Origin: the human T2T-CHM13v2.0 reference genome, Homo sapiens | Strand: one strand, 5' to 3' | Assembly (NCBI RefSeq): GCF_009914755.1 | Contig: NC_060930.1 | DNA: 64,000 nucleotides | Part shown: one piece after another, positions 1 through 13,639 of the stretch | How the letters are laid out: each line of letters begins with the position of its first letter | How positions within the stretch are numbered: the stretch's first letter is position 1 | The notes under the pieces: generated by a model | Seen by the model: the letters and a program-made list of their open reading frames with translations, nothing else | Database searches by the model: none | What the model was told of the DNA's origin: nothing | Made by a program: the position numbers and the translations under genes

Positions 1-178
1 ATTCAAAATTAATACAAGTGGCTCTATTATTAAAAAGTAGATTTTAGATTGATAGAGCACAGTGTTTATGAATGTGGGACCAAAACTCTGAACAAGCTTA
101 CTCTATGTTATTTTAAGAATTACTTATAGGTTGACACACAGACTGAAACTATTAAAAGAAAGCATGAGCCTATTCTTG

Positions 179-380
179 ACTACCTATACTGACTTTACTG
201 CCATTCACATATAATGGGATGATAATTTGAAGCTTTGACCAGTGTGCCAACAGATAATGTGTGCTACGTATCAAAGTGAAGTGTCAGATCAAATCGTTTA
301 TTTCAAAGAAGATGGTTGAAAAACAGACTGAAAATTGGTTGCATCAATCTTGGGTTCTCTCATAAGGGAGCCTTGACTCC
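179..380 (+). repeat. Copy 1 of a diverged ~200-bp direct duplication (pairs with 826-1025)
   Basis: Aligns by eye with 826-1025; shared blocks include TGAAGCTTTGACCAG, ATAATGTGTGCTAC, TATCAAAGTGAAGTGTCAGATCAAAT, AAGGGAGCC and TGACTCC. Confidence 0.85.
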
Positions 381-825
381 AAATCTAGGATATAAAAAGT
401 TCTAGAAAATAAAAAAGAAAGAATTTATTAATAGGCTTTTGAAATAGAACTGCCACCCTCTATGTTTTTCTTCACCTCCCCTCATTTCTAAAAAAAAAAG
501 AAAAAGAAAAAAAAGTGGTGGTGGGCGTACGGCTCTTTCTTTTACCTCAATTACATACAGAAACATTTTTAAAGCCACTTACAGAGAGATTGGAATATAT
601 CTTCTGCAGTTTAGAAATAATAGTGTGCAAGCTACAGAGATGAGCTGGAGCACCGATTAGGCAAGGGAGCAACAGGGAACTGTGATTGCTTCTAGGGAGT
701 ATTTGGACTGACTTTCAATGGTAGGTCAAATGGCTTGAGTACTTCCCTTGTGGCAAGTACCACATGGGAGGCAGAACAAACCAAGAGCTCTCCTAAGTCC
801 TACCCAAGTGAAATCACTATTCATA

Positions 826-1025
826 ACTACTTATGCTGGCTTTACTGCTATTCACATATAAGGGATGTTAAAATTGAAGCTTTGACCAGGGTGCCAACTA
901 ATAATGTGTGCTACATATCAAAGTGAAGTGTCAGATCAAATTGATTATTTCAAAGAAAATTGTTGAAACCAGGCTGAAAATTAGTTTCATTCTTCTTAGG
1001 CCCCCAGCAAGGGAGCCCTGACTCC
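826..1025 (+). repeat. Copy 2 of the diverged ~200-bp direct duplication
   Basis: See 179-380. Confidence 0.85.
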
Positions 1026-1117
1026 CTTGTCAAGACTTTTGAAACTATAAGGCAGGGACTGATGGAAAAAAAACAATGCTGAAGACGGAAATCTTCAGCT
1101 ATAGAAAACGTTGCCTA

Positions 1118-4100
1118 TGGGAGGATTCTGGCAAAATGGTGGAGTAGAAAGCACCAGGAATCTGTAACTCCACCTAGACAACAATTTTACTGGTAGAATA
1201 TGTCTGAAGTAACGATTTTGTAACTCTGAAGTCTATTGAAGGCTTAACACATCCAAGGGGAATATTTAGAAGGTAATCTGTGTTTAATTTGGTCAATTTT
1301 TTGTCATAGCAGAGTATCAGCTACTCATCCCCCATCCCAGTGGCAGCCAGCTGAATTCCTGGAGCAGCTTGTGCACAGCTTGCAGGGCATATAGAAAACA
1401 AACAGCAAAATAACACAATTAAGTCCCTCTTTATCAGTAATTATTTTAAATGTAAATGGATTAAACTCTCCAATAAAAAAATCAAAACAGAGATTTTTAG
1501 AATGGATAAAAAGACATAATTCAACTATATACTATCTATAAGATAATAACTTTTAATCCAAAACCACAAATTGATTGAAAGTGAAAATATGCAAAAATAT
1601 GAAAATATTAAACAAAAGAAGGCAGGGTTAACTATCAGAAAAAATAGACTTCAAATTCAAAAAGTTGACAAGAGACAAAAGAGATTATATATTAATAAAA
1701 GATTCAATACAGCAAGTTATAATTATAAACATTTATGCACCTAATAAGAACATCAAAACATATGAGGCAAAACTGATAAAACTGAAAGGAGAAATTGATA
1801 GTTATACAATAATACAGACTGCAATAATCTACCCTCAATAATTAATAGAACAACCAGAGAGATGATACGTGAGGAAACAGAGGACTTAACACAATAAACC
1901 AACTAGATTTAACAGACTTTTGCAGAGCACTCTAGCCATCAAAACAGAATATACATTCTTCTCAAGAGCATTAGGACATTATTCAGGATAGATGATCTGT
2001 TAGGCCATGAATTCTCAATAGATTTTAAAAGATAGATATTATACAAAGTATCTTCTCCAACTACAATAAAAAGAAGATAAAAAACAATAAAAAGTAAAAT
2101 TGGAAAGTGTACAAAGTTGTGTAAACAATACACTCTTAAACAACAAAGAGATCAACAAAAACATTATAAAGAAAATTAGAAAATACTTAGAGATGAAGAA
2201 AAATGAAAACACAATCTACTAAAACTGATAGGGCACCATGAAAGCATTAATATGGAAAAATACAGCTATAAATGCCTATATTGATAAACAAGAAAAATCT
2301 CTAATCAACAAGCTAACTTTACAACTTAAGAACTTAGAAAAGAAGAACAACATAAACCCAAAGCTAGCAGAAGAATGGAAAGAATAAAGATTAGAACAGT
2401 GATAAGTGAAATAGACCAAAAAAAAAAAAAAAAAAACAGAAAAGAAAGCAAATCAAATGGTGGTTCTTAAAAACAATCAACAAAATTTGTGAACCTATTC
2501 CTACAAGAGAAAAATGGAGGATTCAAACTGCTAAAATCAGAAGTGAAAATGAGACATTTATATGGATTCTATCAAAATAAAAGGATTTAGAAGAGAATAC
2601 TATGAACACCTGTATACCAATGGATGGTTTCCTAGAAAAACAAAACCTATGAACACTAAGTTACAAGGAAATAAAGTATCTGAATAGATCAATAATAAGA
2701 TGGAATTAATTATAAAATTTCTCCCATTAAAGAAAAGCCCAGCAATTTCACTTTTGAGTATTTACACAAAAGATTTGAAATCAGTGTATCAAAAAGATAT
2801 CTGAACACCTATGTTTATTGCAGCATTATTCACAATAGCCAAGTTATGAAATCAAACTAAGTGTTCATCAAGGGTAAATGGATAAAGAAAATATGGCATA
2901 CATACACAATGAATGACTATTCAGCCTTAAAAAAGGAAGAAATTCTATCATTTGAGACAACATAGATGGAACTGGAAAAACATGTTAAATGAAATAAGCC
3001 AAACATGGAAAGATAAATACCACATGTTCTCACTGTTAGGTGGAATCTAAAACAAAAGAACTGATAGAAGCAGAGAATAGAATGGTGGTTTTCATGGGCC
3101 TTGGGATAGGAAAAATGTGGAGATTATAGTCACAAGGTACAAAGCCTCAATTAGGAGAAATAAGTCTAATTTTTATGAGATCTATTGTAAAACATGGTGA
3201 ATATAGCTAATAATTGAGTACTGCAAATTTCAATATCACTGAGTAAATTTCTAAAGTTATCATCACAAAAATATTAAATATTTGAGACAATGGATATGTT
3301 ACTTAGCTTGATTTAATCATTCTGCTTGTATTCAAAAATTGTAACATCACTCTGTACTCCATAAATATATACAACTATAATTTGTCAGTATGCAATTAAA
3401 AAAAGAAGAAAAGCCCAGGGCCTGATGGCTTATCTGGTGAATGTTACCAAGCATTTTAAAAAGAACTAATACCATTGCTTTTCAAATTTTCTCAAAATTG
3501 AAGAGTAGAAACACTTCCTAATTCATTCTGAGGTCAGAATTACTTTGATACTAAAGCCAAAGGCACTACAAGAAAACTGTACAGCAATATCCCTTTTAAA
3601 CATTAATGTAAAAATCCTCAAAAAATATTAGCATGTATATTAAAAGGATTATACAGCATGATCAAATGGAAATTATTCCTGGAAAAAAAAGATTGGTTTG
3701 ATATATGAAAATTCATGAATGTAATACACCTCATTAACAGAATGAAGGAAAAAACTCACATTGTTATCTCAATTGATTTAGAAGAAGCATTTGACAAAGT
3801 TTAGCATCCTTACTTAAAAAATGCTAAAAAAAAAAAACTGTGTCAAGATAATGAAATATATATTGAAAAAAACTACAGCAAATTCAAAACTCAATGGTGT
3901 AAATCTTAAAGCTTTTCCTCTAGGATCAGGAACAAAGCAAGAATGTCTATTTGTGGCACTGCTATTCAACATAGTATTCAAAGTGCTAGCCAGAACAATT
4001 AGGTAAAATAAAGAAATATAAAGACCAAAATTGGAAAGTAAGAAAATTATCTATTTGCAGATGATATGGTCTTAGATGTAGAAAACCTTAACGATTCTAC

Positions 4101-4676
4101 AACAACAACAAACTGTTAGAACTAACAAATGAATTCAGCAACATATCAGGATACAACATCAACACACAAAAATCAAATGCTTTTGTTTGCATTTGCCTTA
4201 CATTTATTAGGCTGTCTAGCATCAAAAAAAAAAAATAACAAGTGTTGGCTAGAATTTGGAGGGACTAGAACTCTTGTGCACTTTTGGTGGGAATGTAAAA
4301 TGATACAGCCACTGCAAAAAAACAGTATGGTATCCTGACATGGAGCCTCAAATACATTATGCTAGGTGAAATAAGCCAGTCACAACAAGACAAATACTGT
4401 ATAATTTCACATATATGAGTAGTTAAGATCACAGAGACAGAAAGTAGAATGGCCTTTGCCAAGGGCTGTGAGGATGAGGGAATAAAGGATTATTATGTAA
4501 TGGGTATAGAGTTTTAGTTTTACAAGATGAAAGAGTTATGGAGATAGATAAATGTGATGGTTCCACAATATTATGAGTGTATTTAATACCATTGAACTGT
4601 ACACTTAAAATGGTTAAGATGGTACACTTTATGTTATGTATATTTTACCACAATGTTTTAAAATGGGAATAAAAAA
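1118..4676 (+). mobile_element. Old LINE-1 (L1MB-like) with both termini but large internal deletions; interrupted by a younger L1 at 2743-3405
   Basis: 5' end GGGAGGATTCTGGCAAAATGGTGGAGTAGAAAGCACCAGGAATCTG; degenerate ORF2 endonuclease/RT sequence 1390-4177; L1MB-type 3' UTR (TGAACTGTACACTTAAAATGGTTAAGATGG) ending ~4676. Confidence 0.8.
2743..3405 (+). mobile_element. 5'-truncated L1MA-type 3' end nested in the L1MB ORF2
   Basis: L1 ORF2 C-terminus plus 3' UTR and A-tail; 13-bp TSD AAGAAAAGCCCAG at 2730-2742 and 3406-3418; host ORF2 resumes at ...GGGCCTGATGGC. Confidence 0.85.
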
Positions 4677-5027
4677 GTACTGTTTATGTCTGAAAGTTTT
4701 AGCACAATCAGAAGAATGCGTTTAATACCAAAAACAGACCCCAGGACATTATCTCTAAGCATCAGCCAGGCACATGCAGTGGAAAGTCATCTTATGACAA
4801 TGAACATTCATACAAGAAATTTAACTGACCTCTTCCCTTAAATGTCTTCCTTCCTGTCACATCTCTACTTCTACTTACGAGTGAGTTATTATGGTTATTG
4901 AGGCAGGGTGGAAGAGATGAGAATAGAATGACCATACCAACCATCTCCACTGCAAACTGCAAGTTTACTTACTATGCGCAGTGACTGGAGAAAGGGAGAA
5001 ATTTTGCCCTTACATCAGATTTGATGT

Positions 5028-5473
5028 TGTGATAGGTTGTATTGTCTTCCAACAACTTTTTTTTCCCACTCTGCCTTTATCTTCTCCCTCATTTCACTGT
5101 GGTAATAATTTTTCACCTCACTAATTCTGAATCTAGCCATGTCAGTTTCTGAGGCTGATGTAATAATAGTGAGTGTAATAAAATCAGGGGCTTTAAATTA
5201 TATGTTTGCATGTTTGTTTCTATGTCTTGCACTTACGCTATTACCTTGAGAAGCAAATGCCCTGGGTATTAACTGACTGAAGAATGATAGAGACAAGTGA
5301 GAAAGACTTCAACTGAATCAAAGCCTCATATCCAGCTTAGACCAGCTGAGCCCAGGAGAATTCAGGAGAACTGTAGTTGCTCCACAGACTTGAGAGCAAG
5401 AAACAAATCTTTGCTGTGGAAGCAACAGAAATTTTTGATGTATTTTTAATGCACCAATAAATTGACTATTGCA
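5028..5473 (+). mobile_element. Old MaLR solo LTR (MLT1I/J-like)
   Basis: TG...CA-like ends; MLT1-type motifs CTAGCCATGT, CCAGCTGAGCCCAG and AAACAAATCTTTGCTGTGGAAGC. Confidence 0.6.
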
Positions 5474-5519
5474 AACATTTTTATTAGTGTGGAGAATTGC
5501 TTGTTTTAATGACTTGAGA

Positions 5520-7058
5520 TATTAAAAATTTAATATATAGAATGGGAGAAAATATTCACAAACTATCCATCTGAAAAGGGATTAATAACCAGAATATATA
5601 ATAATAATAAAAGAATATATAACGACCTCAAACAACTGTATAGGAAAAAAAATCTCGTAATACAATTAAAAATGGGCAAAAGATCTGATTAGACTTATTT
5701 CAAAAGAATACATACAAATGGCAAACAGGCATATAAAAATGTGTTCAAAAATCTTTGATGATCAGAGAAATTTGAATCAAAACTACAATGAGACACCATT
5801 TCACTCCAGCTAAAACAAGTTTATCCATCAACGATAAATGCTGGCAAGGAAATGGAGAAAAGGAAACCCTTTATACTATATTAGTCCATTTTCACACTAC
5901 TATAAAGAAATACCAGACACTGAGTAATTTATAAAGAAAAAAGGTTTAATTGACTCACAGTTCCAAATGGCTGGGGAGGCCTCTGGAAACTTACAATCAT
6001 GGTGAAAGGCAAAGGGGAAGCAAGCTGGGACCTTCTCACATTGAGGCAGGAGAGGGAGCAGAATGAGGAGCGAAGGGGGAAGAGCCCCATATAAAACCAT
6101 CAGATCTCATGACAACTGACTCACTATCATGGGAACAGCATGGGGGAAACCGCCCCCATGATCCAATCACCTCTCACCAGCTCTGTCCCTAGACACGTGG
6201 GGATAATCGGGATTACAATTCAAGATAAGATTTGGGTGGAGCCACTGAGCCAAACCATGTCATATACTGTTAGTGGGAATGGAAATTAGTACAACCACTA
6301 TGGAGAACAGTTTGGAGATTTCTCAGAAAACTAAAAATAGAGCTCCCATGTGATCCAATCCCACTGCTAGATTATACCCAAAAGAAAGGGAATCAGTATA
6401 TCTAAAGGATATCTGCACTCCCATGTATATTGCAGCACTATTCACAATAGCCAAGATTTGGAAACAACCTAAGTGTCCATCAACAGATAAATGGAGAAAG
6501 AAAATGTGGTACCTATACACAATACAGTATTAGCCAGCTATAAAAAAAGAATGAGATCCTGTCATTTGCAATAACATGGATGGAACTGGAGGTCATTATG
6601 TTAAGTGAAATAAGCCATGCATAGAAAGAGATAAGTTTCACATGTTCTTACTTATTTGTGAGAGCCAAAAATTAAAACAATTGAATTCATAGAGGCAAAG
6701 AATAAAATGATGGTTACCAGAGACTAGGAAGGGTAGTGGCACGGTGAGGTGGAGTGTACGGGGTGAGTGGGGATGCTTAATAGGTACAAAAATAGTTGCA
6801 AAGAATGAATAAGATATATTATTTGATAGCACAACAGGGTGACTATGGTCAATAGTAATTTAACTGTACATTTTAAGATAACTAAAAGGGTAGAATTGGG
6901 TTGTTTTTAACACAATACAAGGATAAATGGTTGAGGTGATGGATACCACATTTACCCTGATGTGGTTATTACACTTTATATGCCTGTATAAAAATATCTC
7001 ATATACCCCATAAACATATACACCTACTATGTACCCACAAAAATTAAAAATAAAAAAA
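5520..7058 (+). mobile_element. 5'-truncated L1MA2/3-like LINE-1, interrupted by a THE1/MST LTR
   Basis: ORF2 C-terminus and 3' UTR ending CCCACAAAAATTAAAAATAAAAAAAAA; probable TSD AATGACTTGAGA (5508-5519) / AATGACTAGAGA (7059-7070). Confidence 0.85.
5877..6262 (-). mobile_element. THE1D/MSTA-like MaLR solo LTR
   Basis: TATTAGTCCATTTTCACAC ... GCCAAACCATGTCA; perfect 5-bp TSD TATAC at 5872-5876 and 6263-6267. Confidence 0.9.
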
Positions 7059-8544
7059 AATGACTAGAGAACTTTTAATTATCTAAAAGTGAGTTTTAAA
7101 ACTATGAGGCCAGTTAAAGATAGATTATTATCAAAGGAAAGAGAAACTTTTTTAATGACTACATGTTAAAAGGACAAAGGGAAATAACTCTCAAATAAGT
7201 ATTGTATATTATTGGGTACCAAAAGTTCACTTGTCTACTTTTCTAATTTTTGAATAGTTTTTCTGGGTAATAAGCCATTTTTCTATTTAAAAGTACAAGC
7301 ATAAACAATAAGTACAGGAAACAATGCTTGTTTTCAAACCCTTTGCAACATAAACCAATAATTAATAGGCACAAAAATAGAATATACTTTTTTCAAATTT
7401 ACAAATGCCTAGAACTAACTCTGAACAAGGACACAACCTGAATTAGATTCACTTGTGTGAAAAAATGCATTTTCAAGTTTACTATAATACTTTCTAATGC
7501 TGAGTATGAAGAAAATAATGAAAACATCTTTTTGAATCATAATTCAATTGAACTTGGCCCACATATGTTGCAGGCTCTTACATCCACTTATTATAAAGAA
7601 TTTATGAAGGTCATGGTCCAAGACAACATACACTAGAATGTTCTTTAGGTGTATAACAGTATATAAAGCAAACATTTTTATTACAGACATTAGCTGCTGG
7701 GGTTATGGTGGTATGCTGGTACATTATGCTAAATTAATACATCTGCTCATATAATCTATCCAGCAGCAACCTCTCTTTTAAATAACAGAGAGCAAAAATT
7801 TTCTATAAATAGTTTTCTTCACATCAGTCTGAGCCCAGGCCTATTTCATACAAGATAATAAGGTGATGTTAATCTTTTGATTTTTTTTCTCTCTCTAGCA
7901 GATTACATCCTATTTTAAATCAGACACAAACAAAATCTTACAGGAAACATAATTAGATGTGAAATTGCTTTAAAGCATCTTTGTCTCTGGAGGAAGCTTT
8001 TCACCCTCTGTGATGTGCTGGGATGTATCTAATCTAATGATCAGCTGCCACCAAGTAATTGAATATCCTAGAGCTTGAACTGCTAGGGAGCCTATGCATT
8101 TTACTCCTCTTATTTTTTTCCTCTAAATAGATAAAGGGGTAAAATGGACCTACATGACACTAAATTGCTACTTTTAGTGAGGAGTTGCTTAAATTTTTAG
8201 TGTTCATCCTCAAGGTTGAAATTTTTTAGCATACGAGAGGTAATACTTGAAAATAAGTTACTTATCAAAATGAATATATAGGGTTTTAAAGAAAATTTTA
8301 AAGTAGCTTTAAAAATTTGAACTTGACACCTTAAAATTTAGCTTGCTTCTTGATAATGAAATATAAATATTTAAAAAATAAAAACATATTATTGTCACTA
8401 AGATTAGAAAAATACTAAAACCCTCCCTTGTGAAAACTGAATTGGAGGAATTCATAAATAATGTAATTGAGGAGTTTCATCATCTCCTTTTTTAATGAGA
8501 TGAATTCTTATTTTTGCTAAATGTTGACTTTCTAAACTAGAGTA

Positions 8545-9171
8545 CAGTTGTCCGCCCTTATTAAAAGTTTCATTTTCTGCAATTTCAGTTACCCCCAGTC
8601 AACTGTGATCAGAAAATACGACACTATATTGCACCTTGGGCCATTACTAAGTAAATAAGAGCCATTTGAACACAAGCATTGCGATACTGTGACAGCAGAA
8701 TAGCAATGGGGGGTGGGGAGGGGCACAGAACAGGACAGCATGAGATTGCGTCATGCTACTCAGAATGGTGTGGAATTTAAAACTTATGAGTTGTTTATTT
8801 CTGGAATTTTCTACTTATATCACAATGCCTACATCATTTACCTCATTTCATCTTATTACATGGGCATTTTATCTTCTCATGTCATCACAAGATGGGTGAA
8901 TACAGTACAATAAGATATTTTGAGAGAGAGAGAGAGAGACCACATTTATATAACTTTTATTGTAGTATGCTGCTATAAAAATTATTCCATTTGATTATTA
9001 CTTATCATTGCTAATCTCTTCCTGTGTGTCTTACTGATAAATTAATCTTGATGATTGGGATGGATGTGTAGGAAAAAACATAGTGTATAAGTAGGGTTTT
9101 TACTATCCACAATTTTAGACATCCACCAGGGGTCTTGGAATGTATCCTCTGAGAATAAGGGAGGATTACTG
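8545..9171 (+). mobile_element. MER44 (Tigger7-derived, TcMar) non-autonomous DNA transposon
   Basis: Terminal inverted repeats CAGTTGTCCGCCCTTAT ... ATAAGGGAGGATTACTG; TA at the left flank; internal MER44 motifs. Confidence 0.85.
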
Positions 9172-9894
9172 CAGTTTTCTAGCTCCATTACATAAAAAAT
9201 AACTGTAAGAAAATAATGATTCAAATCACTTATTCTGAGCATGACACCGATGACCTTACTACAGCTGTGAGATTTTAAAAGAGTATAAAACCTATATATC
9301 ACTTGAAAACAGACCCTTTCGTGACCTCAGATATCCTTTATCTTATCTAAACCTTCTGTGAAGATTGATAGCTCATATATAATATTCTCTTTCCTGGCAA
9401 TTATCAGAGATGCAGTTTAAATTTCCCCCAAGAGAGTAACAATGCCATCTCCAAAAACAGCTTGGGAGAAATATGGCAGCAATGCCAGCTTTCTTATCTC
9501 TAGGACCATTTAAAGGCTAAATGAGAAAATTTGTGATTTAAAATAGCTTGTTTCTAAAACACAAACTCTCTGACAACAGCTAAACTTAATTAAGTTATGT
9601 TATAATCTTGGCACAATATGTGAAGAAAACCATTCCTAAGAAAGAACAATTAATATAATTCTCCACATATTTAATTTCAGATAATAACCAGGTGGTTCAC
9701 AACTTCTTTGTAGAATTGATTTGTAGGAGATGCATTAAAACTATTCTGATCATTAAAATTCCACCAACATGTGATCTTGCCCAGCCTATTTATTTAATCA
9801 TGCAAGTAAAGGAAAAGTTGTACAGGATTATCCTCAACAAGATCGTTAGCATAGAGGTGGCAAATCCTCATAGAAATGTCCATCTTCACAAAAG

Positions 9895-9924
9895 CAAAAA
9901 CAACAACAACAACAACAACAAAAA
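9895..9924 (+). repeat. (CAA)n microsatellite
   Basis: AAAAACAACAACAACAACAACAACAAAAA. Confidence 0.9.
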
Positions 9925-9989
9925 CCAGTGACTTGCTTGCCTGATAGGTTGTTCACTGTAATTCTTTTATCCCTCACGCGCACTCCCAG

Positions 9990-11665
9990 TATCATTTTTG
10001 GTGTCTTCCTTTGTCGCATTATTCTTACAGACTATTTTCCTTCTTCTCTCCCTAAAATCATTTATTTCTGAATTATAGGCAATGAATACTTGTAGTCATT
10101 CTGCATACAGATGACTCCTTCCATTCTTTGAAGATTTAAGTATTTTTCTTATTAGTTCTTCCAACACTACTCATTATAGTCTTAGTAATTTTGTTATCTA
10201 CATTGTATATTATCCTCCTATTACCCATAACTCCCAGTTCTCTCCGCTCTGCTCACTTCCTCTTCCCATGATTTTGTTCTCAACTCTACTTTATCCTTTC
10301 ACGTCTATGCTCATGCCCTGGATCTTGTTATTATAAATAAAAATAACCTCTTCATAATCTCAATTTCATGCATACTTCTCTCTAATGCTTACATCTGTCT
10401 TCAGCTCCCTCCCTTTAGTATTGCAACTCCATCAATTCTTCGTACTTACTAGTACCTAGAATCCATTAATCTAACTACAATTTACCATATCTCAACACAC
10501 TCACATTATTATTTTCTTCTGCTCCAGCTTTGAGGCTATATTTTACCAATAAAATTATTCCCTTGCATACACTCTCAACTCTCTTGCTACTCCTTTATAT
10601 TTTGTACTCACTTGGCAAAATCCCTTCCCTGGTTAAATTCAACTCTCTGCCTGCTCTGATACTATAGACATATAGCTAAATATGGCTACACAGAGAATAA
10701 CACACATCCATGCTCTTGCATTTGAAATTATTGACTGCTAACATCGAATACACAAACTATAGATTTGCATGGCAATCAGAGTACATTTCCCACATCTGCT
10801 CATGTTCCTTATTCATGCTTGGTAATGCTGCTACTGTTTTACTAAGAAAAATCCATTAGAATAGAACACCTACAAGTTTCCACAATCACTGCCTATGTAT
10901 ATCCAATCATCTTTCCTTTTATAATGGATGAAACATCTATGTGTCTAGGTCAAACCATGTGCATTAAATCTCTCCCCTTCTTGAGTTTTAAAAAAGATGA
11001 CCTTCAGCATTTCCTATCACTTCCATTAACTGGCACTCCAACTCAGGCCACAAGCATTTCTCACCAAAATTAATAAAGTGACCTTTGAATTTGTCCCTCT
11101 GCTCCCACACTTGTTCCTTACGATTTAAGTCAGATCATGTTATCCTTATTCCTCAAACCCTCCCATGGCCCACGGTGTAGGAGAACAGACAGATTCTTAT
11201 GAGGGTATTCAGAGTTTACTTGATTTTGCCTTCCCTATTTTCTCTGACCATATCTCCCCAATATTTCCTCCCAGCACGCTGAACTCCTTGCTATTTCTTG
11301 AACACTCTGGACAAGTTTTGGCCTCGGGGTTTGGCACTTGCTCCTCATCTTGCCTTGAAATAATAATAAATTTGTCCAACTTTTGATCTTTGGTCAGTGT
11401 CCATTTATAATGGACATATAATAAGGAGGCTTTTTATCTTCTTATTTATTACTTCATTTTTCTCCATAGAATTTATCAGGAATTATCAACATTTGATATG
11501 TTATTTTATTATGCCCCTTTGTTTTCTTTATTTTCTGTCTCCATCCACTAGAATAAAAGTGTCAGTGGAAATACTTTTGCTGTTTATTTCACCAATGAAT
11601 GCTTCTAAAATAATACCTGAGACGTAGTCAGCATTCAGTAAATATACATAGAATCAATGAATGAG
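9990..11665 (+). mobile_element. LINE-2 (L2a-like), about 1.7 kb
   Basis: Pyrimidine-rich degenerate L2 ORF and a typical L2 3' end (ACCTGAGACGTAGTCAGCATTCAGTAAATAT...AATGAATGA); left boundary approximate. Confidence 0.7.
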
Positions 11666-12789
11666 TGACCTTCACTGAAAATCAAGGCTTGATTAAAATT
11701 TTCATAGCTCTCCAGCAACAAGAAAACTGTGACATATTTATATGCCACACATTTTCATTGTTCCTAAGGGCATATCTGAACACATTAAAATTTCCCTTAA
11801 AAACTACTTTTTTGGATTTTTATCTATAATGACATTCCAAACCAGATGTTTAATCAGAATATGATAATGACTTCAGTATTCCTGTCATAAGTTATTTTGA
11901 AGGAATACAAACTTGAAGGAATTACAGTTTTAATCAAAGATCACACTTAAAAAAAGTTTCCACTTATTTAAAAGTAAAATCTTGGCCCCTGAGTTTACTC
12001 CATCAATATTTCTATCTTTACATTTAACTGTATGCTATGTAGGACACAAGAAAGTGGGAATCTAGGATTAAGATGGAGTGACATTATCACTAAGTGTATG
12101 TTATATTTTGATTTATAAGAAATGTGCCTCCGTTTCATATCTCCTTTTGAAAAAGATCACTTTTTAAACAAATATCTATTTACATATTGTATACATACCC
12201 AAACTGGATTTGAACGTTTGGTTTATCAACAGTTAATGGCCTGGCTATCCTATCTTTTGGTTCAAGAATAGAGCAGTTTTTATATTACTTGACAGTTCAA
12301 TATTCTCAGGGTCTGGCTTCTTTTAAGTCTTCTTTCTTTTATAGTACAAATAATTCTCACTTCTACCAGGATATTTTCATCTCATACTCAGACTAACACA
12401 TGTAACCTGGATTGACTTCTTTACCATGGATCATGAATGAAATTGTGTTTGCCTGCTATTGGTATACAATTACATACTAAAATCATTTGGAATAAGGTAA
12501 TGAAATTCAACCTTCTTTCAATGTCAAGTGATTTGTATGTAGGCTCAGCAACAGGACACATCTTTTTTAAACTGAAAGATAATAAATAATAGATAAGCAA
12601 AATTATAATAAATAATTTTTTGCAAATATGTTCTCATGTTCTAAGCAAGATATGACATAATCAGATATGAATTTTTTTAAAACCAGACTGGGATGATTTA
12701 GTAAATGATGACTGTCTTACTCTGACCATAGTAACAAAGGGAAACAAAAAGAAGCAAAGTCCTTTATTTTAATTGGAAGTGGACATAAT

Positions 12790-13390
12790 TGGTTGGAGAA
12801 CAACAGTCATTTAAACATATTTCTGGTGTGTTTTTCTTTATTGCAGCGGCTTGAATTCTATATTTTCCAGGAAGTCTTGCAGCTATAGCTCTGAATGTAA
12901 TTTTGGTTCTGCCAATCAGTCACACTCCCATGACATTTGCATAGTTAATGCAATATGGTGGCTTGCTTTTGCCGTTTCTTTTGTGCCTGGTACCAGAGAC
13001 CATCATGAGGGTGTCTGGTTTTCTGTGGCAGCATTAGCAGAGATCTCAATGTATGGTTACCTGCTCCACGAGTATTAGTAAGAATTGTGTAGGGCATCCA
13101 TTTATTCAGTTTATAAATATAGATAACTGGTGCTTCCTGGAAATAGAACAGAATAAGTGGAAAAATGCTTTAACGCAATCTTAGGAAAAAATAGTTCAAA
13201 CATTTTATTTTTTAAAATTTTGTGGGTACATAGTATGTGAATTTCTCAATCTGTAGGTGGCAAGAGCTCATGGCATATTAGAAATCATTACTAAAAAGTT
13301 AGTAACATTTTAGTGGATACTTGATAGTTATCCTCTCTATACTCATTACTCCCTTTCCCCTTACTCCTGCTCTGTTTTCTGAGTCGTATA
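12790..13390 (+). mobile_element. Degenerate ERVL LTR (LTR33-like)
   Basis: CTTGCAGCTA...TTTGGTTCTGCCAATCAG motif; boundaries approximate. Confidence 0.4.
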
Positions 13391-13639
13391 GTTTGAGTGA
13401 GATTGCCCCTATTCTCAGTTCATCCTCTAGTTCTAGTATAAACACGATGGTGCTTAGTTCTGGACCTCCTTTCTCTGCTTCTGAAAGTAATATAAAGAAA
13501 CAAGGAGAATAGGGGAGAAGCACAAACTCCAAGGAAATATCCAATCTTCAAATTACTTCTAAGTATGGAGCAAGAGAAAAATCCACAAACTTCAAATTAT
13601 TCTAGGTATGGCCTAGAGTCCTTGAAAGTAAAGAACTGT

